This document shows positions 12,971-26,976 of a stretch of 64,000 nucleotides of DNA, piece after piece. Positions within the stretch are counted from its first letter, which is position 1. The number at the start of each line of letters is the position of its first letter. The stretch comes from Camelus ferus (lineage: Eukaryota). A program made the position numbers and the translations under genes. The notes under the pieces were generated by a model. The model had not been told where the DNA came from and made no database searches. It worked only from the letters and a program-made list of their open reading frames with translations. Location of the stretch: NCBI RefSeq assembly GCF_009834535.1, contig NC_045696.1, positions 31,684,001 through 31,748,000 of the forward strand, written 5' to 3'.

Positions 12971-13677
12971 ATGAAAAATTTAACAGAGCTCATTCTCTTG
13001 AATTAATTTCATTAAATTTTTACCATTTGATACCCCAATACAACATTTTAGGTATAGAATTAAAGGTAGGCTCAGAATAAGCCACAATGGTTCTTAGAAG
13101 AGAGATTTTATAGAGTCATCTATGATTTCAAATCCTTTTTTTTTTTCTGAGACTGGTTATAAGACTGGATGTTATAGGAAAAGAATCACACCTACTTGAC
13201 ATTATTAATGTTAATCCACAAAACACAGTGAGCTAAAAAGAAATCACTAATGAAATCAACATGTGTTTGTGTGAATTTGTATATCTGAGTGTTTAATTCA
13301 ACTTCAAAATAAAAATTCAAGGGAATATAGTTAAAACATGCCACAGCAGAGATAGATCAAAAAAATAAGAAGACTCAAAAAGTAAAAAGAGACACTCCTA
13401 GTTATACAAAAATTTTCCTTATCCTACTCCAAATATTATTTAAGAATATAGACTCATGTTGATCAAGCTCTATATGAAGGACTGCCGCAGTATCCTAGAA
13501 TTAGTGGACGGCAGTGAGAACTGAGATTTTGAGTTATATGCAGCTTCAGAAGCCTATGGCAATGTCAGATTTTGTCAAATTGGGCAATAAAAGGAGGCTT
13601 GTCATTTTGGAATTATTTTAAGTTTAATCTGCATAAGAGTTATAAAGAGTAAATATGGATATCTGAACAACTGTAAG

Positions 13678-14270
13678 TGTGGGAGCCCATGACTGGATTA
13701 ACAAATTGTAACAGATACCAGCCACTTATCTCCTTAAAGAAGATGTGCTTAGTAACTGCCTTGAGGTTTTAGCAATGACCCAGGCCCCCGGCTATAAACA
13801 CTGGGCGTGCCTGCTGTTAGTCTTCTATCCCCAAAACAGCCTTGGGCTGGAATGGTAAAAAGCTTCAGACTCAGAGGTGAGAAGGCTGGTTAGCCAATGA
13901 CTGGGTAAGATCCCCTGAGGGGGCAACCTAAGACAGGCACAGCCAACTGAGTCCAAGAAAAACTCTTGTTAAGCAGCTGATTCTCATACATTCCACCCTG
14001 ATAAGCTGAAAGGCTCAACACAATTATGATTCACCAAAAAGGGTCTTCTGACCTTGAGCCAAACACCAACAATAAACAAAGCCTTTGTACCCTGTCCTTC
14101 CCTAAATTCCTGCTTCTACTGTACTCAATCAATATGAGAGATTTGAGAGGCTCCTGGAGTTGGCTCCCGACTCCCTCTCACTCTCTTGACTTTTCCCCAG
14201 TCTTGAGTAATTCATTCTGTCTCAGTGGGACTTCTGCTGGCCAGAACCCACAACTTGTGGCGAACCCACA
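13678..14270 (+). mobile_element. Solo LTR, ERVK/betaretrovirus-like
   Basis: Inverted termini TGTGGG...CCCACA, 6-bp TSD TGTAAG (13672-13677)/TATAAG (14271-14276), internal CCAAT and AATAAA (14071). A 6-bp TSD is typical of class II ERVs. Confidence 0.8.
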
Positions 14271-15529
14271 TATAAGAAGGAATCATCTGAGTTATCTAAT
14301 CAGAGTTAAGGAAAAACCAAAGTTAATCTATCAAATAATATAAACCCAGAAGGAACCCCCAAAAAACATGTGGGAAGTTGTGAGTTATGTATTTCTTCTC
14401 AGAAGAAACAGATTATAGAACATGGAACTGATGAAGAAGCTAGAGAAGATGGCAATAGGGACCCTTAAGTGGAAAGATATAGATAAGATACTAAAAATTA
14501 GGCAGGTTCTCAAAATCATATCAGATAATTAGCTGGAGCTAGTCTAGTATCAAATTTATCCGAGGGAGAAACACAGAGCCATTCTGCCTCTCTCCTGGTA
14601 CCCTATAGAACCTGTGTGGATGATGCCTTTCTTTGGCCTACACATAACTTTTACACTTTAAAAATACAGAATGTAGCAAAAGTCTCATATACCCAAAGAT
14701 ACTAGAGATTAAAGTGCTATTCATTACCTCAACTCGTGAATTATTGAGGCTCCTTTCCATGGTAGAAATTGCCACACTCACCCAGAAATTCCATGGTTAT
14801 TAGTTAAAATATGAAAATGTAACCCAATCTCAAAAAATACTAACTCTCAAAAAACTCTAAAAGAAAAAAAAAAAAAGCAGAAAGCACACAATACCTATTT
14901 TTTTCCCCAAAATACTGTTGATGAGAAATTCTAAAACAGTCTGCAATGAATAAAAAGACACTTTGCCATATAAGATTTTAGTATGTATCTATTTGTTTGT
15001 TAGAAATTCGGAAGTGTTTATTCTAAATAAATATTTCACCCATCTGGAACATGCTAAGTGAAGTTAATAATTCACAGAATTTTAAAAATTTTGTTTAGTA
15101 ATCAAATTTGCAATTATACTATTAATTGTTTCAAATTGCTTTACTCAGCAAGTGTAATGAAATTAGAAGACACAATAACTCCACTAATTTTTTTCATTCT
15201 CTAAGTTTGATCAAACTATTTTGTTAAACAAATTAGTATTGAAAATATTTTATTATGATAAAAATACTATATATTCTCACTTCTAAAAATGAGGTTTTGA
15301 AAAACCTTAAAACTGGTCTACATAATGTCAACATTAAAGATTTTTTATTTTAGTAGTTTATATTAACCATGTTTCCTTGTTCTATTTATTTTCAATTTTA
15401 AGCCAAGTTATATATACAAGTGGCAGGAAGCTAAGGAGAAAAGTTTATGATTGACATTTAAGATAATATATATAATCAAAATTAATATTTTTACTTTTCA
15501 AGAAAAAATAGCAATTTGTATAATTTCAC

Positions 15530-15960
15530 AGGTATGTTTAGAACCACATAATTTGCTCTTCTGGCAAAACTACACAGAATATTATATATAGATAATATAT
15601 ACACATATCTATATAACTTTGATTTCTTCTTATATTTTCCAATTTCCTTTCAAAAGTCTGCACTTTTTCATTATTTTCTCTATGTTTTCCACTATCTCTT
15701 GAATATACGGTATTAACTATACTCAGAGCTCCTCTCTGATAAGTCTCATGATTATAACACATTCAGGTCTCAATATATTTTATTCCTTTTAAACTACTGA
15801 ATAACTTGATTATACAAAGGATTGTTTTCATGCTTTCTTAGGTCTGGACTATTTAATTCTGATTCTCCTCTCAGTGTGAGAACTTTACTTCTAGGGTGCA
15901 GCCTTTACAAATGGGATATAGCCTTTTTGTGGTCTCATCTGAAAGCCTGGGGTAGACACA
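15530..15960 (-). mobile_element. Degraded L1ME/HAL1-like ORF1 fragment
   Basis: T-rich strand with L1-like antisense phrases. Weak similarity only. Confidence 0.35.
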
Positions 15961-16332
15961 TAGGCTCAACACTGTAGATAAGTAGAAAATTAAAATGTAA
16001 AATACAATTTCTTTTTTATGTATTTAATTTTTTTCTAAATTATTTATTTTGAAAATATGGGAGTTTTAAAATTGCTAATTAATAAATGTTAGCAAAATAT
16101 AATGTAACATCAATGATATCAAAAGCAAAAGATAAGTAAGGTGAAGACTAAGTGATGCATGGGTAAGAAAACACAGAAACAATTTACAATCTTGAGTGTA
16201 GTCAGCTGGGATGTAAGGTGATTAGAATTATTAAAGATAGCAAGGGTTGTGTAAAAATTCCAGTTTCATGTTTAACCTATTAACTTATGGAAATGTTTTC
16301 ATTCAGAACTAGTGAAGAGATAGTATAATTTT

Positions 16333-16422
16333 TTTTTACTTGTTTTATTGAAGTATAGCCAATTTACAAAGCTGTGTCAGTTTCTGGTGCACAGCATAAT
16401 AGTTCAGTCATACATATACACG
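16333..16422 (-). mobile_element. About 90-bp LINE-1 extreme 3' end insertion
   Basis: Poly(T) + TTATTGAAGTATAGCCAATTTACAA is the reverse complement of the young L1 tail. TSD TAGTATAATTTT (16321-16332)/TAGCGTAATTTT (16423-16434). Confidence 0.9.
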
Positions 16423-16649
16423 TAGCGTAATTTTAATTGAATGAACCCATGTAATATCTAAATTGACCCAAGCGTTTTGAGAGACTTATTAGGTATTCAA
16501 TCCCCAAATCAAACTAAGCTGTATTATGACTTCTAAGACATGTTAGAGTTTTGTTAGTCTACCCTCACTGGGCGCTTTTCTGCTGGATTTTAAACTTCAA
16601 GATCATCACTGATATCAGACTGAAACATTTTAATGTTAAACTATCCCTG

Positions 16650-17920
16650 TTTTCATATTATAAATCCAGGAGGTTATTTATGTTATTTAAATATATTGAG
16701 ATATTTTAATGCTGACATTTTATTGAAGAATTCAAATTATATTGCAGTGTAGTAGTGGCATGTGATTCTTTTGTGGTTCTCTTTTTTTAGGTTTTAGTAA
16801 AATGAAGATACTAACTTTCCATAAGTAACAAAAATACTCCTTCTATTCCTGAGCTCTGGAAAATTTAAAAACACTTAGTCATATTTAAGCCTTTCAAACT
16901 GGAATTTATTCACACATTAATCAGTTTAGACAGGTACATTTTATTGTGGGAGAGTTTTTACCAACTTCATCAGTGTCTCCAAAATAATTGACTGATTTAA
17001 GACAACACTTCTAGTCTTTCTTGAATCAACTTTGGTCACTTGTATGTTCATTGTGTGAATGGAAAATTTAAGATATGTTGTATATATCACTTACAATTCC
17101 TTTATGTTTTGTAACTTTCCCTATATATGATAATAAAGCTTCACTCTCATTCTTAGAGTACAAACACTGTTTTTCTTAATTTGCCGTGCTAAGTATTATG
17201 ATCTCTTTTTAAAATTCTTACATTCATTTCTCATTTATAACATTTCTTATTCCTATTATGTCATTTTCTTCTACATCCCTTCAGTAAAATTTTTATTGTT
17301 ACTATTGCCTTTCTCCATGTTTCTCTTTTTGTTCTTTATTGAGTCAAAAAGTAAGTTTATTTTTCAAAATACTGTTTATTAAATGGAAATAAATAATCTT
17401 ACATAAGTTCTCAGCTAACTATAGCTTTGAGAATGTCATAAATATTGATGAAGTGCTATATTTAATTTATTCTAAAATAGATCATATAAACAAGCTTTGT
17501 TTTTGTCTGTAAAGATATTTTGAGGAGAATGAATTTTTTAGTTCCATTCATTAACTTTTTAAAAATATTATTTTTTATGTATCTCTGAGATATGCATGTT
17601 TGTGGGTTTGGGTATCTGTTTCTTCATTAATTTTTCTGTTTAAGAAACTTTGTCATTTTAATCTGAAAATTTGGAAAATAATTGGTACTTTTTAATATAT
17701 AGAATTGTCTGCTTTTCTATCTAAGAAATCAGTTCATAAATGTTTTACTTTTAACAGAAAAATTCCAATTTCTAAATACAAAATTATGAGACATTTTATG
17801 ATGCCTCTATTAATTATATATGCATGCAGTCTCTGTCTTATTTTCTCTGTCTACTTCCTCTGGTAAAAGCTGAAAACAGTGTTTTTAAAGTCTCAATAAA
17901 ATTATATTTTTAAAATACTA
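16650..17920 (-). mobile_element. Ancient LINE-1 (L1ME-like) ORF2 relic
   Basis: TGCTGACATTTTATTGAAGAATT, TTAGGTTTTAGTAAAATGAAGATACTAACTT, CTATAGCTTTGAG...ATAAAT, GTTTTTAAAGTCTCAATAA are antisense ORF2 landmarks in the expected order. Confidence 0.6.
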
Positions 17921-17939
17921 TTTTTCCTTAAAGGTATTA

Positions 17940-18125
17940 TTTAATAATTCAGCAAATATTTACTGAGATAACTGCAAGAAAAAAACTAATTAATATATCA
18001 GCCCTTGTGTAGCTTTCAAAATAGTAGGATTTACTCCTAAATTTGTAAACTGAATCAATAGCTCATAGTGCCTGACCTACAGAGGACACTCAACAAACAT
18101 TTTTGATTGAAGTGTATAATAAATA
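17940..18125. mobile_element. L2 3'-end relics
   Basis: ATTCAGCAAATATTTACTGAG and ATAGTGCCTGACCTACAGAGGACACTCAACAAACATTTTTGATTGAA. Confidence 0.55.
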
Positions 18126-18684
18126 AATTAACAAATATACCTCAGTACAATAGTACTCCACCACCATACTTCTAAAATTGGCACATTATATCATCTTTGC
18201 TTTTTTGGGTTTTTGCCCTTAGAGAAATATCCTAGTGCTCTCTTTCCCCTTCACTCACGACTTCCCTGTAGTGGGTATGTTATTGCATTAGTGAGTTTGA
18301 ATTAAGGAACTTGGCATGAGCAGCTCTGCTACTTCTTCTCTTTCCTCCTTAGAAGCCAGGCTGCCCTCAGTGTGGTTATCTTATGATCTTTGCTCTTATG
18401 AAATACAGTTTACAATGATAAACCTTATGTGAGCAGTGCCTACGAATTTCCTACACTGTCTGTGACTAATGAGTTTGGAAGTGAGAGAGTTAAGAGTAAA
18501 TCAGTGTAAACCACAGTGCTCATTTTTGTTGTACCTGTAGTCACATCTTCCAATATGGTTCATTAGTAATAAAGTTGATGTTCTGATATCCATCATTTGA
18601 TTGCCTTTCTCAATTAGTTCAAGATTCTTGTGAAGTAGTGGGGTCCTATTTATTTAGCACACTCAAAAATTATGTTAATAATTA

Positions 18685-19135
18685 CTTTGACCTGAGCATG
18701 GGTGCCTTGAAGCAGATTCTGAGATGAATAATAATTCTGTATAGAATGTTTACAGGGGAGTGTTCTCAGGTGATTTGCCTATACAAATGTGAAAATGTCA
18801 GGATTGAGTCAAGAGTGATACAAATGCACAATGGAATTGTAGGTGAGGCCTCAGACAATCCTGAAGATGTTCTGGACCTGGGGTGCACCTTCAGAGTTGC
18901 CCCATATTGAGTCAAGTTGGTTAGGCATTTATATACCTGAGTTAGCCAGTCATTGGCCACAACCTGCCCTCTGGGAATGGACATAATTGGGCAAAGCAGT
19001 TCCCTGAAGCTGAGGGCAATTTCCAATGCAGAATCCAGATGTTTGAAGTTAGAAAAATGATAATCATAAGAATTGTGAGAAAAGTGAGTTGGCAGTAAAG
19101 GATCTGAGTGGAGCTTCAGAGTCCACTAGATACTT
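18685..19135 (-). mobile_element. ERVL solo LTR (LTR16-like)
   Basis: AAGCAGATTCTGAGATGAA, GAGGCCTCAGACAATCC, CCTTCAGAGTTGCCCC, AGCCAGTCATTGGCCACA are LTR16-type motifs. Confidence 0.7.
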
Positions 19136-19299
19136 GCACCATTTTATGATATTTACTTTAATTTATAATTTGGTATTAATAATGTCACCCTTGCTTTTTA
19201 CCTGGAAATTTGCCTGGAAAATATTTGAAAATACACATTTGAAAAAAATTCAAACTTTCTTTGTCATCTGTGTACTACATAAAGAGTGTCTTTCATAAA

Positions 19300-19866
19300 G
19301 AGACTACAATTTACTTTTTGGATAAACGTACTGATGTTTAACATATATACATGTGAAAAATACAAACATCACAAATTGACAACTAGAAGAATTGTTATAT
19401 ATTGTATATAACCAATAATCAAAACTTACATCAAAAAATAATTTAAACAGTATTACACTAAGTTTCTCAGTCCCCTCAATATTACCCTACATTTCTTTGA
19501 CCTCTACCATTATAGATTAATTTTCTGTTTGTTTTTAATATAAATTGAATGAAAGATAATTTTAAAAGACTTACAGTTTTGTTTTCATATTTCTCAACCC
19601 TTGAATCAATATTACTTAATCAATCAGTACAACTTAATCACCATGTCTTTATAATTTTTATTGCTTAATAATCTTGTTTGTATAAATTTTCCAATTTTGA
19701 AAATTTTCAGTATTGTCTTGGGTATTCTTAATACATTAAAAAATCATGCAAGTCAGTCTACCAAAAAATGTGATAGCATGACAAACTATAAATATGCATA
19801 CATTTATGTTATTATTATTCACATTGTGATAGAAGTCATCTCTTAGATTAGAGCTCTATTTTTAAA
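19300..19866 (-). mobile_element. Ancient L1ME-like 3' relic flanking the full-length L1
   Basis: ACCTCTACCATTATAGATTAATTTTCTGTTTGTTTTTAATATAAATTGAA resembles an antisense L1M 3' UTR. Confidence 0.5.
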
Positions 19867-21374
19867 AATTATTGTTGGAGAAGAAGTACAAGATGGTTGA
19901 ACAGAAGGATGGAGAGCTCACCTTCCCCCACAAATACTTCAAAAAAAACTACATATGAAACAATCCTCACAAAAACTACCTGAAAACTAGTAGGTCTCTT
20001 ATACAACCAAAGTTGCAAGAAAGATCCCCACTTAACTAAGTAATTTTTTTAAAAAGGTATTGGGACAGGAATGGGACCAGTGCTTCTGGGAGGGATGTGT
20101 GAAAAAGGAAGAATTCCCCTATCCTGGAAACCCCTTTTGCTGTCTGGGAGACCCAGTGGGGAAGATAGGGAGCTGAAGGGACCTGGTCTCAGTGCCCAAG
20201 AATTATGCATGTGCTGGCCTGCTAGCAATCAGGGCAGAGAGAGACCAGCACTGACAGCTGCCAAGTCATGGCACTTCCCAGCTAGAAATGTATGCCAGTC
20301 AGGGCATCTAGTATGTGCAGTGGCTAGGCACTGAAACCTGGGCTTCAGTGGACAGACCCTGGGGAGGACTTGGTCCAGCTGCATGAAGACAGCCAAAACG
20401 TCCTGGACTGTGGTCTTGGCCACCATTGTTAGTGTACCCAGGGTGGGGCACAGGTGCCCCATAAGAGCCCCACTGTCAGCATGCTAATGGCAGGGCATGG
20501 GTCTGGTGGCAGCTAACTTCATAAGCATTCAGACTGCAGAGGCAGAGCTGACATCAGAGTAAATTATCAGTGCTACTACAGCAGGGGTAGATCAGGGGGC
20601 AGGTCCAGCAGCTGTGGACTTTGTTGGCACACACGCTGGGTGGCAGGTAGTGTCATAGAAATCACATGTTCCAACAGACCCTAGGGAGGAGTATGCAGCA
20701 GTGAGAGCACTTCTGTCACGCCTATCCCACACTGCAGCTTGGAGCTGGATCTGGGGTAGACAGGTCTCGGGAGCATCCTAACACAGAGGCAGCCCAGATT
20801 CTAGAAGGCAGAAGAACTACCTCGATTCCTGCAGCCAAAATGCTCTGTTCCCAGCACCAGCCAAACACTAGATCTGGTATGAACACAACAGAAAAAGGGA
20901 TGCAACCTTGGGTTGCTTCTGGGCAGGACCAAGGATACCTACATGGGCAGTGCAAAGATTTTCTGTGACCACACAGGCCTAACTTGCCTTGGTATTCTCC
21001 CCCTTGGGGACAGAACACACTTAAGGGTAGCAGAGTCTTATCAAACCTGACTCTCAAAGCTTCTACTCCAACAACTGGGGAGCAGACCCTGCACTGACAG
21101 GGTTGTGACAACCAAAGAGCAAAGAGGAGGCCCCACCCAACTTCCAGTGCAGGCTCTAGTCACAATTCCAATCACAACCCCTGTATCAAGAGGATAACAA
21201 CCAGCACACTCTTGATGAAAAACATGGCAGGTATCCATACCAAAAACACCACTCACACCAAAAATACTGGACTCATACAGTTGACACAGGAGATTCTCCA
21301 TTAAAACAGCCCTTTAAGACCACAGTACGTAAACATTTCTCCTAAATTCATAGAGAAAGAATAATTTAAATAAA

Positions 21375-22290
21375 ATGAAAAAGCAGATGAACTACTTACA
21401 GTTAAAAGAACAAAAGAAATACCTTCACAGAACAAACAATGAAAACAGACCTCTCCAGTCTACTACATAACTGCCCCCTGCCCCAGAGTTCAAAAAGGAA
21501 GTAATAAAAATGCAAAAGGAATTAAGAAAGACTATCAACAGAAATGCAGATCCCTGTAACAAGCAACTAAAATTATAAAGAACCAATCAAAATTAGACAA
21601 CTCAGCAGCTGAAATAAAAGCAATGAAGAGCAGAATAAATAATGCAAAATTATGAATAAGTGACCTAGAAGACAAAATAATGTAAATTGTTCACTCAGAA
21701 CAGTAAACAGAAAGATAAGTGAGAAAAAATGAAAGCAACATTTGAGCTCTAAGGGATAATACAAAGCATGACAGTCTATGCACAATAGGGGTTCCAGAAG
21801 GAGAAGAAAAAGAAAAGGGGATCAAAAATGTATTTGAAGAAATTATGGTTTAAAATTTCCCAAACTTGAAGAAGGAAACAGATATCTAGGTGCAAGAAGC
21901 ACAAAGGGTCCCAAACAAGATGATCCCAAACAGACACACACGAAGACATAAAATTAAAGTGGCAAATTTAAAGATAAATAGAAGATTCTGAAGGCAGAAA
22001 GAGAAAAACAAAGAATCAATTACAAGGGAACTCCTTCAAGACTATCAACTGATTTCTTTACAGAAGCTTTGCAGGCCAGAAGAGAGTGGCATGATATATT
22101 CAAAACCTTGAAAAGGAAAAACTGACAACCTGGAATACTCTACCCAGCAAGACTATCATTTTGAAAAGAAGGAGAAACTAAGAATTTCTCAAGCTTTTCT
22201 CTCAAAGCTTTCTCAAGCAAAAACTAAAAGAATACAGCAATACTAAACCTAACCAAAAGAAATATTGAATGGTCTTCTCTGGATAGGAAA
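21375..22290 (+). pseudogene. L1 ORF1p (RNA-binding chaperone), disrupted
   Basis: ATG at 21375 (MKKQMNYLQLKEQK...), IGVPEGEEKEKG motif, ILYPARLSF motif near 22135. Multiple stops and frameshifts. Confidence 0.85.
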
Positions 22291-22756
22291 GAAGTAAGAA
22301 TTCAGAGGAAGGAGAAAAACACAAGAGAAAAGGCAAATACACAAAAGGATTGAAGATTACTTAAACTAGGTAGTTCATAGATTATAAAACAATTAAAAAA
22401 CTTTGTTATAGTGATTATAACTCTGATGAACAGCAAAAGGATAAACAGGAAGATGCAAAATAGAACATCAAAAAATCACAAAATGTGTGGGAGGCGAGTA
22501 AAAAATGTAAATCTCTTAGAATGTGTTTGAAGTTATATGACCATCAGTCTAAAGCAAGTAGATATTGTTAGGGGTTAACATGTTTGAAAACTGGGGTAAC
22601 CACAAATCAGACACATAGAGCAGATTCACAAAAACCAAAAAGAAAGAAACTTAAGCATAATACAAAAGAAAACCACCAAACCACAAAAGGAAAAACAAAA
22701 AGAAGAAAAAAGGTACAAAGAAAAAATACAAAATCAACTGAAAAACAAGGTTTAAA

Positions 22757-25700
22757 GTGGTAATAAATATATACTTATCAATAATTACTTTAAATGTCAA
22801 TGCACTAGATGCTTCATCAAAAGGCACAGTGGCAGACTGGATAAATAAAACCCTACAATATGCTGCCCAGAAGAGACTCACTTTAGAGTGAAAGACACAG
22901 GTAGATTGAAAGTAAAGGGATGGAAAAAGATATTTCACGTGAATGGATACAACAAGAAAGCGAAGGTAGCAGTACTCATATCAGACAATACAGACTTTAA
23001 AACAAATCCATAAAAAAAGACAAAGAAGGATGCTATATAATGATAAAAGGATCAGTACAAAAAGAGAATGTTATACCCATTAATATACATACACTCAATA
23101 TAGGTGGGTCTAAACATATAAAACAAATACTAACAGACATAAAGGGAGAAATTAATAAGAATACAATAATAGTGAGAGACTTTAACAAGTTATTTACATC
23201 AATGGGCAGATCTTCCAGAGAGAAAATAAATAAAGTCAACAGAGATCCCAAATAACACAATAGAATAGTAGGAATTTATTGATATCTTCAGGATATTACA
23301 TTAAAAAAAACAGAATACACATTCAAGGGCACATAGAACATTCTCTGTAAAAGATCACATACTAGGACACAAAAATAAGCCTCAATAAATTTAAGAAGAT
23401 AGAAATTATTCCAAGTATTGTGTCTTTTCTGACCACAATGATATGAAACTAGAAATCAACTACAGAAAGAAAACTGGGAAAAGAACAAATACATTGGGAC
23501 TAAACGACATGCCACTAAAAGAAATAATAGGTCAGCAATAAAGTCAAAGAGGAAAGAAGAAAACACCTCAAGACAAATGACAATGAAAACATAAACATAC
23601 AAAATCTATGGTATGTGGCAAGAGCAGTTCTAAGAAGGAAGTTCACAGTGATATGGGGCTTCCTCAAGAAGTAAGAAAAAATCTCAAATAAATAACTCAA
23701 CCTACTACCTAAAACAATTAGAAATATAAAAACAAACAAAACTCAAAGTCAGCAGAAGTAAGGAAATAAAGATCAGAGAGGAAATAAATAAAATAGAGAT
23801 TAAAAAAAAAAATAGAAAAGATCAACAAAACCAAGAGCTGTTTTTTTTTAAAGAATAATCAAAATCCACAAACCTCTAGCCAGGCTCACCAGGAAAAAGA
23901 AAAAAAAAAAAGAGGGAAAATTTAAATAAACAAAATAAGAACTAAAAGAGGAGAAATAACAGCCAATACTGCAGAAATATATAAAAAAAAACCCAATTAT
24001 ATGCTAGTAAATTGGATAATCTAGAAGAAATGAACAAATTTCTGAAAACATACAGTCTGCCAAAATTAAGTCAAGAAGAAATAAATAATTTGAATAGACT
24101 AGTCACCATAAGTGAGATAGAATCTGTAATCAAAAAAAAATTTTTTTTAAATCCCTGTGAACAAAAAACTAGGACCACGGGCTTCACTAGGAAATTCTAC
24201 CAAACATATGAAAAATAATTTATACGTATCCTTCTCAAACTTTTTCAAAAGACTGAAGAGGAGGTAATACTCCCAAAGTCATTTTATGAATGACTGGTAT
24301 CAAAACAAGACAAAGACATAACAAAAAATCTCTTTATTCATCAAAGGCCAATATCTTTGATGAATATAGATGTCCAAATTCTCAGTAAAATTTTAGCAAA
24401 CAGAATCCAATAGTGCATAAAAAGGATCATACCACCATGATCAAGCTGGATTCATTCCAGGGTTGCGAGAATGATTAAACACATACAAATTAACCAATGT
24501 GATAACATCATATCAACAAAAGCAAAGACAAGAAAAAAAAAAAAACCCAATCATCTCAATAGACTGCAGAAAATTTAACAAAATTCAACACCCATTCATG
24601 ATAAAAACTCTCACCAAAGTGGATATAGAGGAAACATATCTCAACATTGTAAAAGCTATTTATGACAAACTCAGCCAGCATACTACTCAACAGTGAAAAG
24701 CTGAAAGCCTTCTTGCTAAGTTCTGCAACAAGACAAGGATGCCCACTCTCACTACTTCTATCCAACATAGTATTGGAAGTCCTACCAACAGCAATCAGAC
24801 AGTAAAAAGAAATTACAGGTATCTAGATTGGAAACGAAGATGTAAAACTGTCATTATGTGCAGATGATATAATACTCTATATAGAAAATACTAAGATTAC
24901 ACCCCAAAACTATAAGAACTAATAAACAAATTCAGCAGGGTAAGAGGATACAAGATTGATACACAGCAATGTTTTTCATTTTTTTATACCAAGAATGAAA
25001 TATCAGAAAGAGAAAGGGAAAAAAATCCCATTTAAAATAGCAGCAAAAAATATCTAGGAATAAATCTAACCAAGAATGTGAAAAACCCATATGCTGAAAA
25101 CTATAAAATACTGTTAAAGGAAATTGACTATGATTCAGAGAAATGGAAAGACAGCCCATGCTCTTGAACTGGAAGAATTAATACTGTTAAAATGACCATA
25201 CTACCCAAAGCATTTTACAGATTTAATGCAATCACTATCAACTTACCCATGACATTTCTCACAGAACAAGAACAAATAATCCTAAAATTTATATAGACCC
25301 ACCAAAGACCCAGAATCGCCAAAGTAGTTTTACGGAAAAAGGACAAATCTGGAAGCATAAGCCTCCCAGATTTTAGGAAATACTGCAAAGCCTATAGTAA
25401 TCAAAATAGTGAGTTACTGGCACAAAAACAGACATACAGATCAATGGAACAGAATAAAGAGCCCAGAAGTAAATCCATACACCTATATCGATTAATCTTC
25501 GACAAAGGAGGCAAGAATATACAATGCAGAAAAGACAGTCTTTCTGCAAGTGGTGTTGGGAAAGCTGGACAGCCTCATGTAAATCAATGAAATTAAAACA
25601 CTCTCTCACACCATATACAAAAATAAACCCAAATAGTTTAAAGACCTAAATATAAAACATGACACCATAAAACTCCAAAAAGAGAACACAGGCAAAACAT

Positions 25701-26660
25701 TCTCTGACATATATTGTAGCAATATTATCTTAATTCAGTATCCCAAAGCAAAAGAAATATAAGGAAAAATAAACAAATGAGATCTAATCAAACTTAAAAT
25801 CTTCTGTATGGCAAATTAAACATAAACAAAATGAAAATCAATATATAAATTGGGAGAAAATATTGCAAATAATGCAACTGACAAGGGGTTAATTTCCATA
25901 ACACACAAGCAGCTCATACAAAGCTCAATATCAGAAAAACAAACAACACGATCAAAAAATGGGTAGAAGAATTAAATAGATATTTCTCCAAAGAAGACAC
26001 AGATGGTCAACAGGCACATGAAAAGATGTTCAACATCACTCATTGTTAGAGAAATGCAAATAAAAATCATAATAAGGTATATCACCTCACAGGGGTCAGG
26101 ATGGCTATCAATAAAGTCTACAAGTAATAAATGCTGGCAAGAATGTGGAGAAAAGGACACCCTCCTATGTCAATGGTGGGAATGTAAATTGGTGTAACCA
26201 CTACTGAAAACAGTATGGAGGTTCCTTAAAAAACTAAAATTAGAGGTACTGTATTGATCCAGTTACCCCACTCATGGGTGTATATATATATATATATATG
26301 GAAAAAGATGAAAACTCTAATTTGAAAAGATACATGTACCTCAATGTTCATAGCAGCACTATGTAAAATAGCCAAAACATGGAAGCAGCCTAAGTGTATA
26401 TCAACCAATGAGTAAATAAAGATGTAGTATATATACATATATAACACATATATACACACACACAGATAGGTATATACATATATATATTATGTACACCTGT
26501 ATATATTAAATATATATAGTAGAGTTTACTCACCCATAAAAAAGAATGAAATGTTGCCATTTGCAGCAACATGTACAAACCTAGAGAATATCATACTAAG
26601 TCAACTAAGTCACACATAGAAAGACAAATATTACATGATATCACTTATATGTGGAATCTT
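22757..26660 (+). pseudogene. L1 ORF2p (endonuclease/reverse transcriptase), disrupted
   Basis: YLSIITLNVN endonuclease start, RQGCPLS, CADD (24857-24868) at the FADD position, C-terminal HMKRCSTSLIVREMQIK. Many stops and microsatellite insertions near 26280 and 26425-26520. Confidence 0.9.
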
Positions 26661-26976
26661 AAAAAAATAGAAATGAATCTATTTACAAAACAAAAATAGA
26701 ATCACAAACATAGAAAACAAACTTATTGTTGCCAAAGGGGAGCGATAAATTAAGGGTATGGGATTAACAGATACACACTAATATATATATAAAATAGATA
26801 AGCAACAAGGGTTTATTGCATAACACAGGGGACAATATTCAGTATCTTACAGTAACCTATAACGGAAAATATTCTGAAAGAAATAGTATATATGTAACTG
26901 GATCACTTTGCTGTACACCACAAACTAACACAACACTGTAAATTAACTATACTTCAACTTTAAAATAATTATTGCT

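Larger units (their letters stand above)
19877..26966 (+). mobile_element. Full-length LINE-1 (about 7.1 kb), inactivated
   Basis: Starts GGAGAAGAAGTACAAGATGG. GC-richer 5' UTR, ORF1, spacer, ORF2 and 3' UTR in order. TSD AATTATTGTT (19867-19876)/AATTATTGCT (26967-26976). Confidence 0.96.

Noticed and set aside
20722..21301. Antisense ORF0-like protein in the L1 5' UTR (129 aa and 86 aa ORFs)
   Set aside because: GC-richer UTRs yield chance ORFs, the element is heavily mutated, and there is no similarity to anything I recognise.
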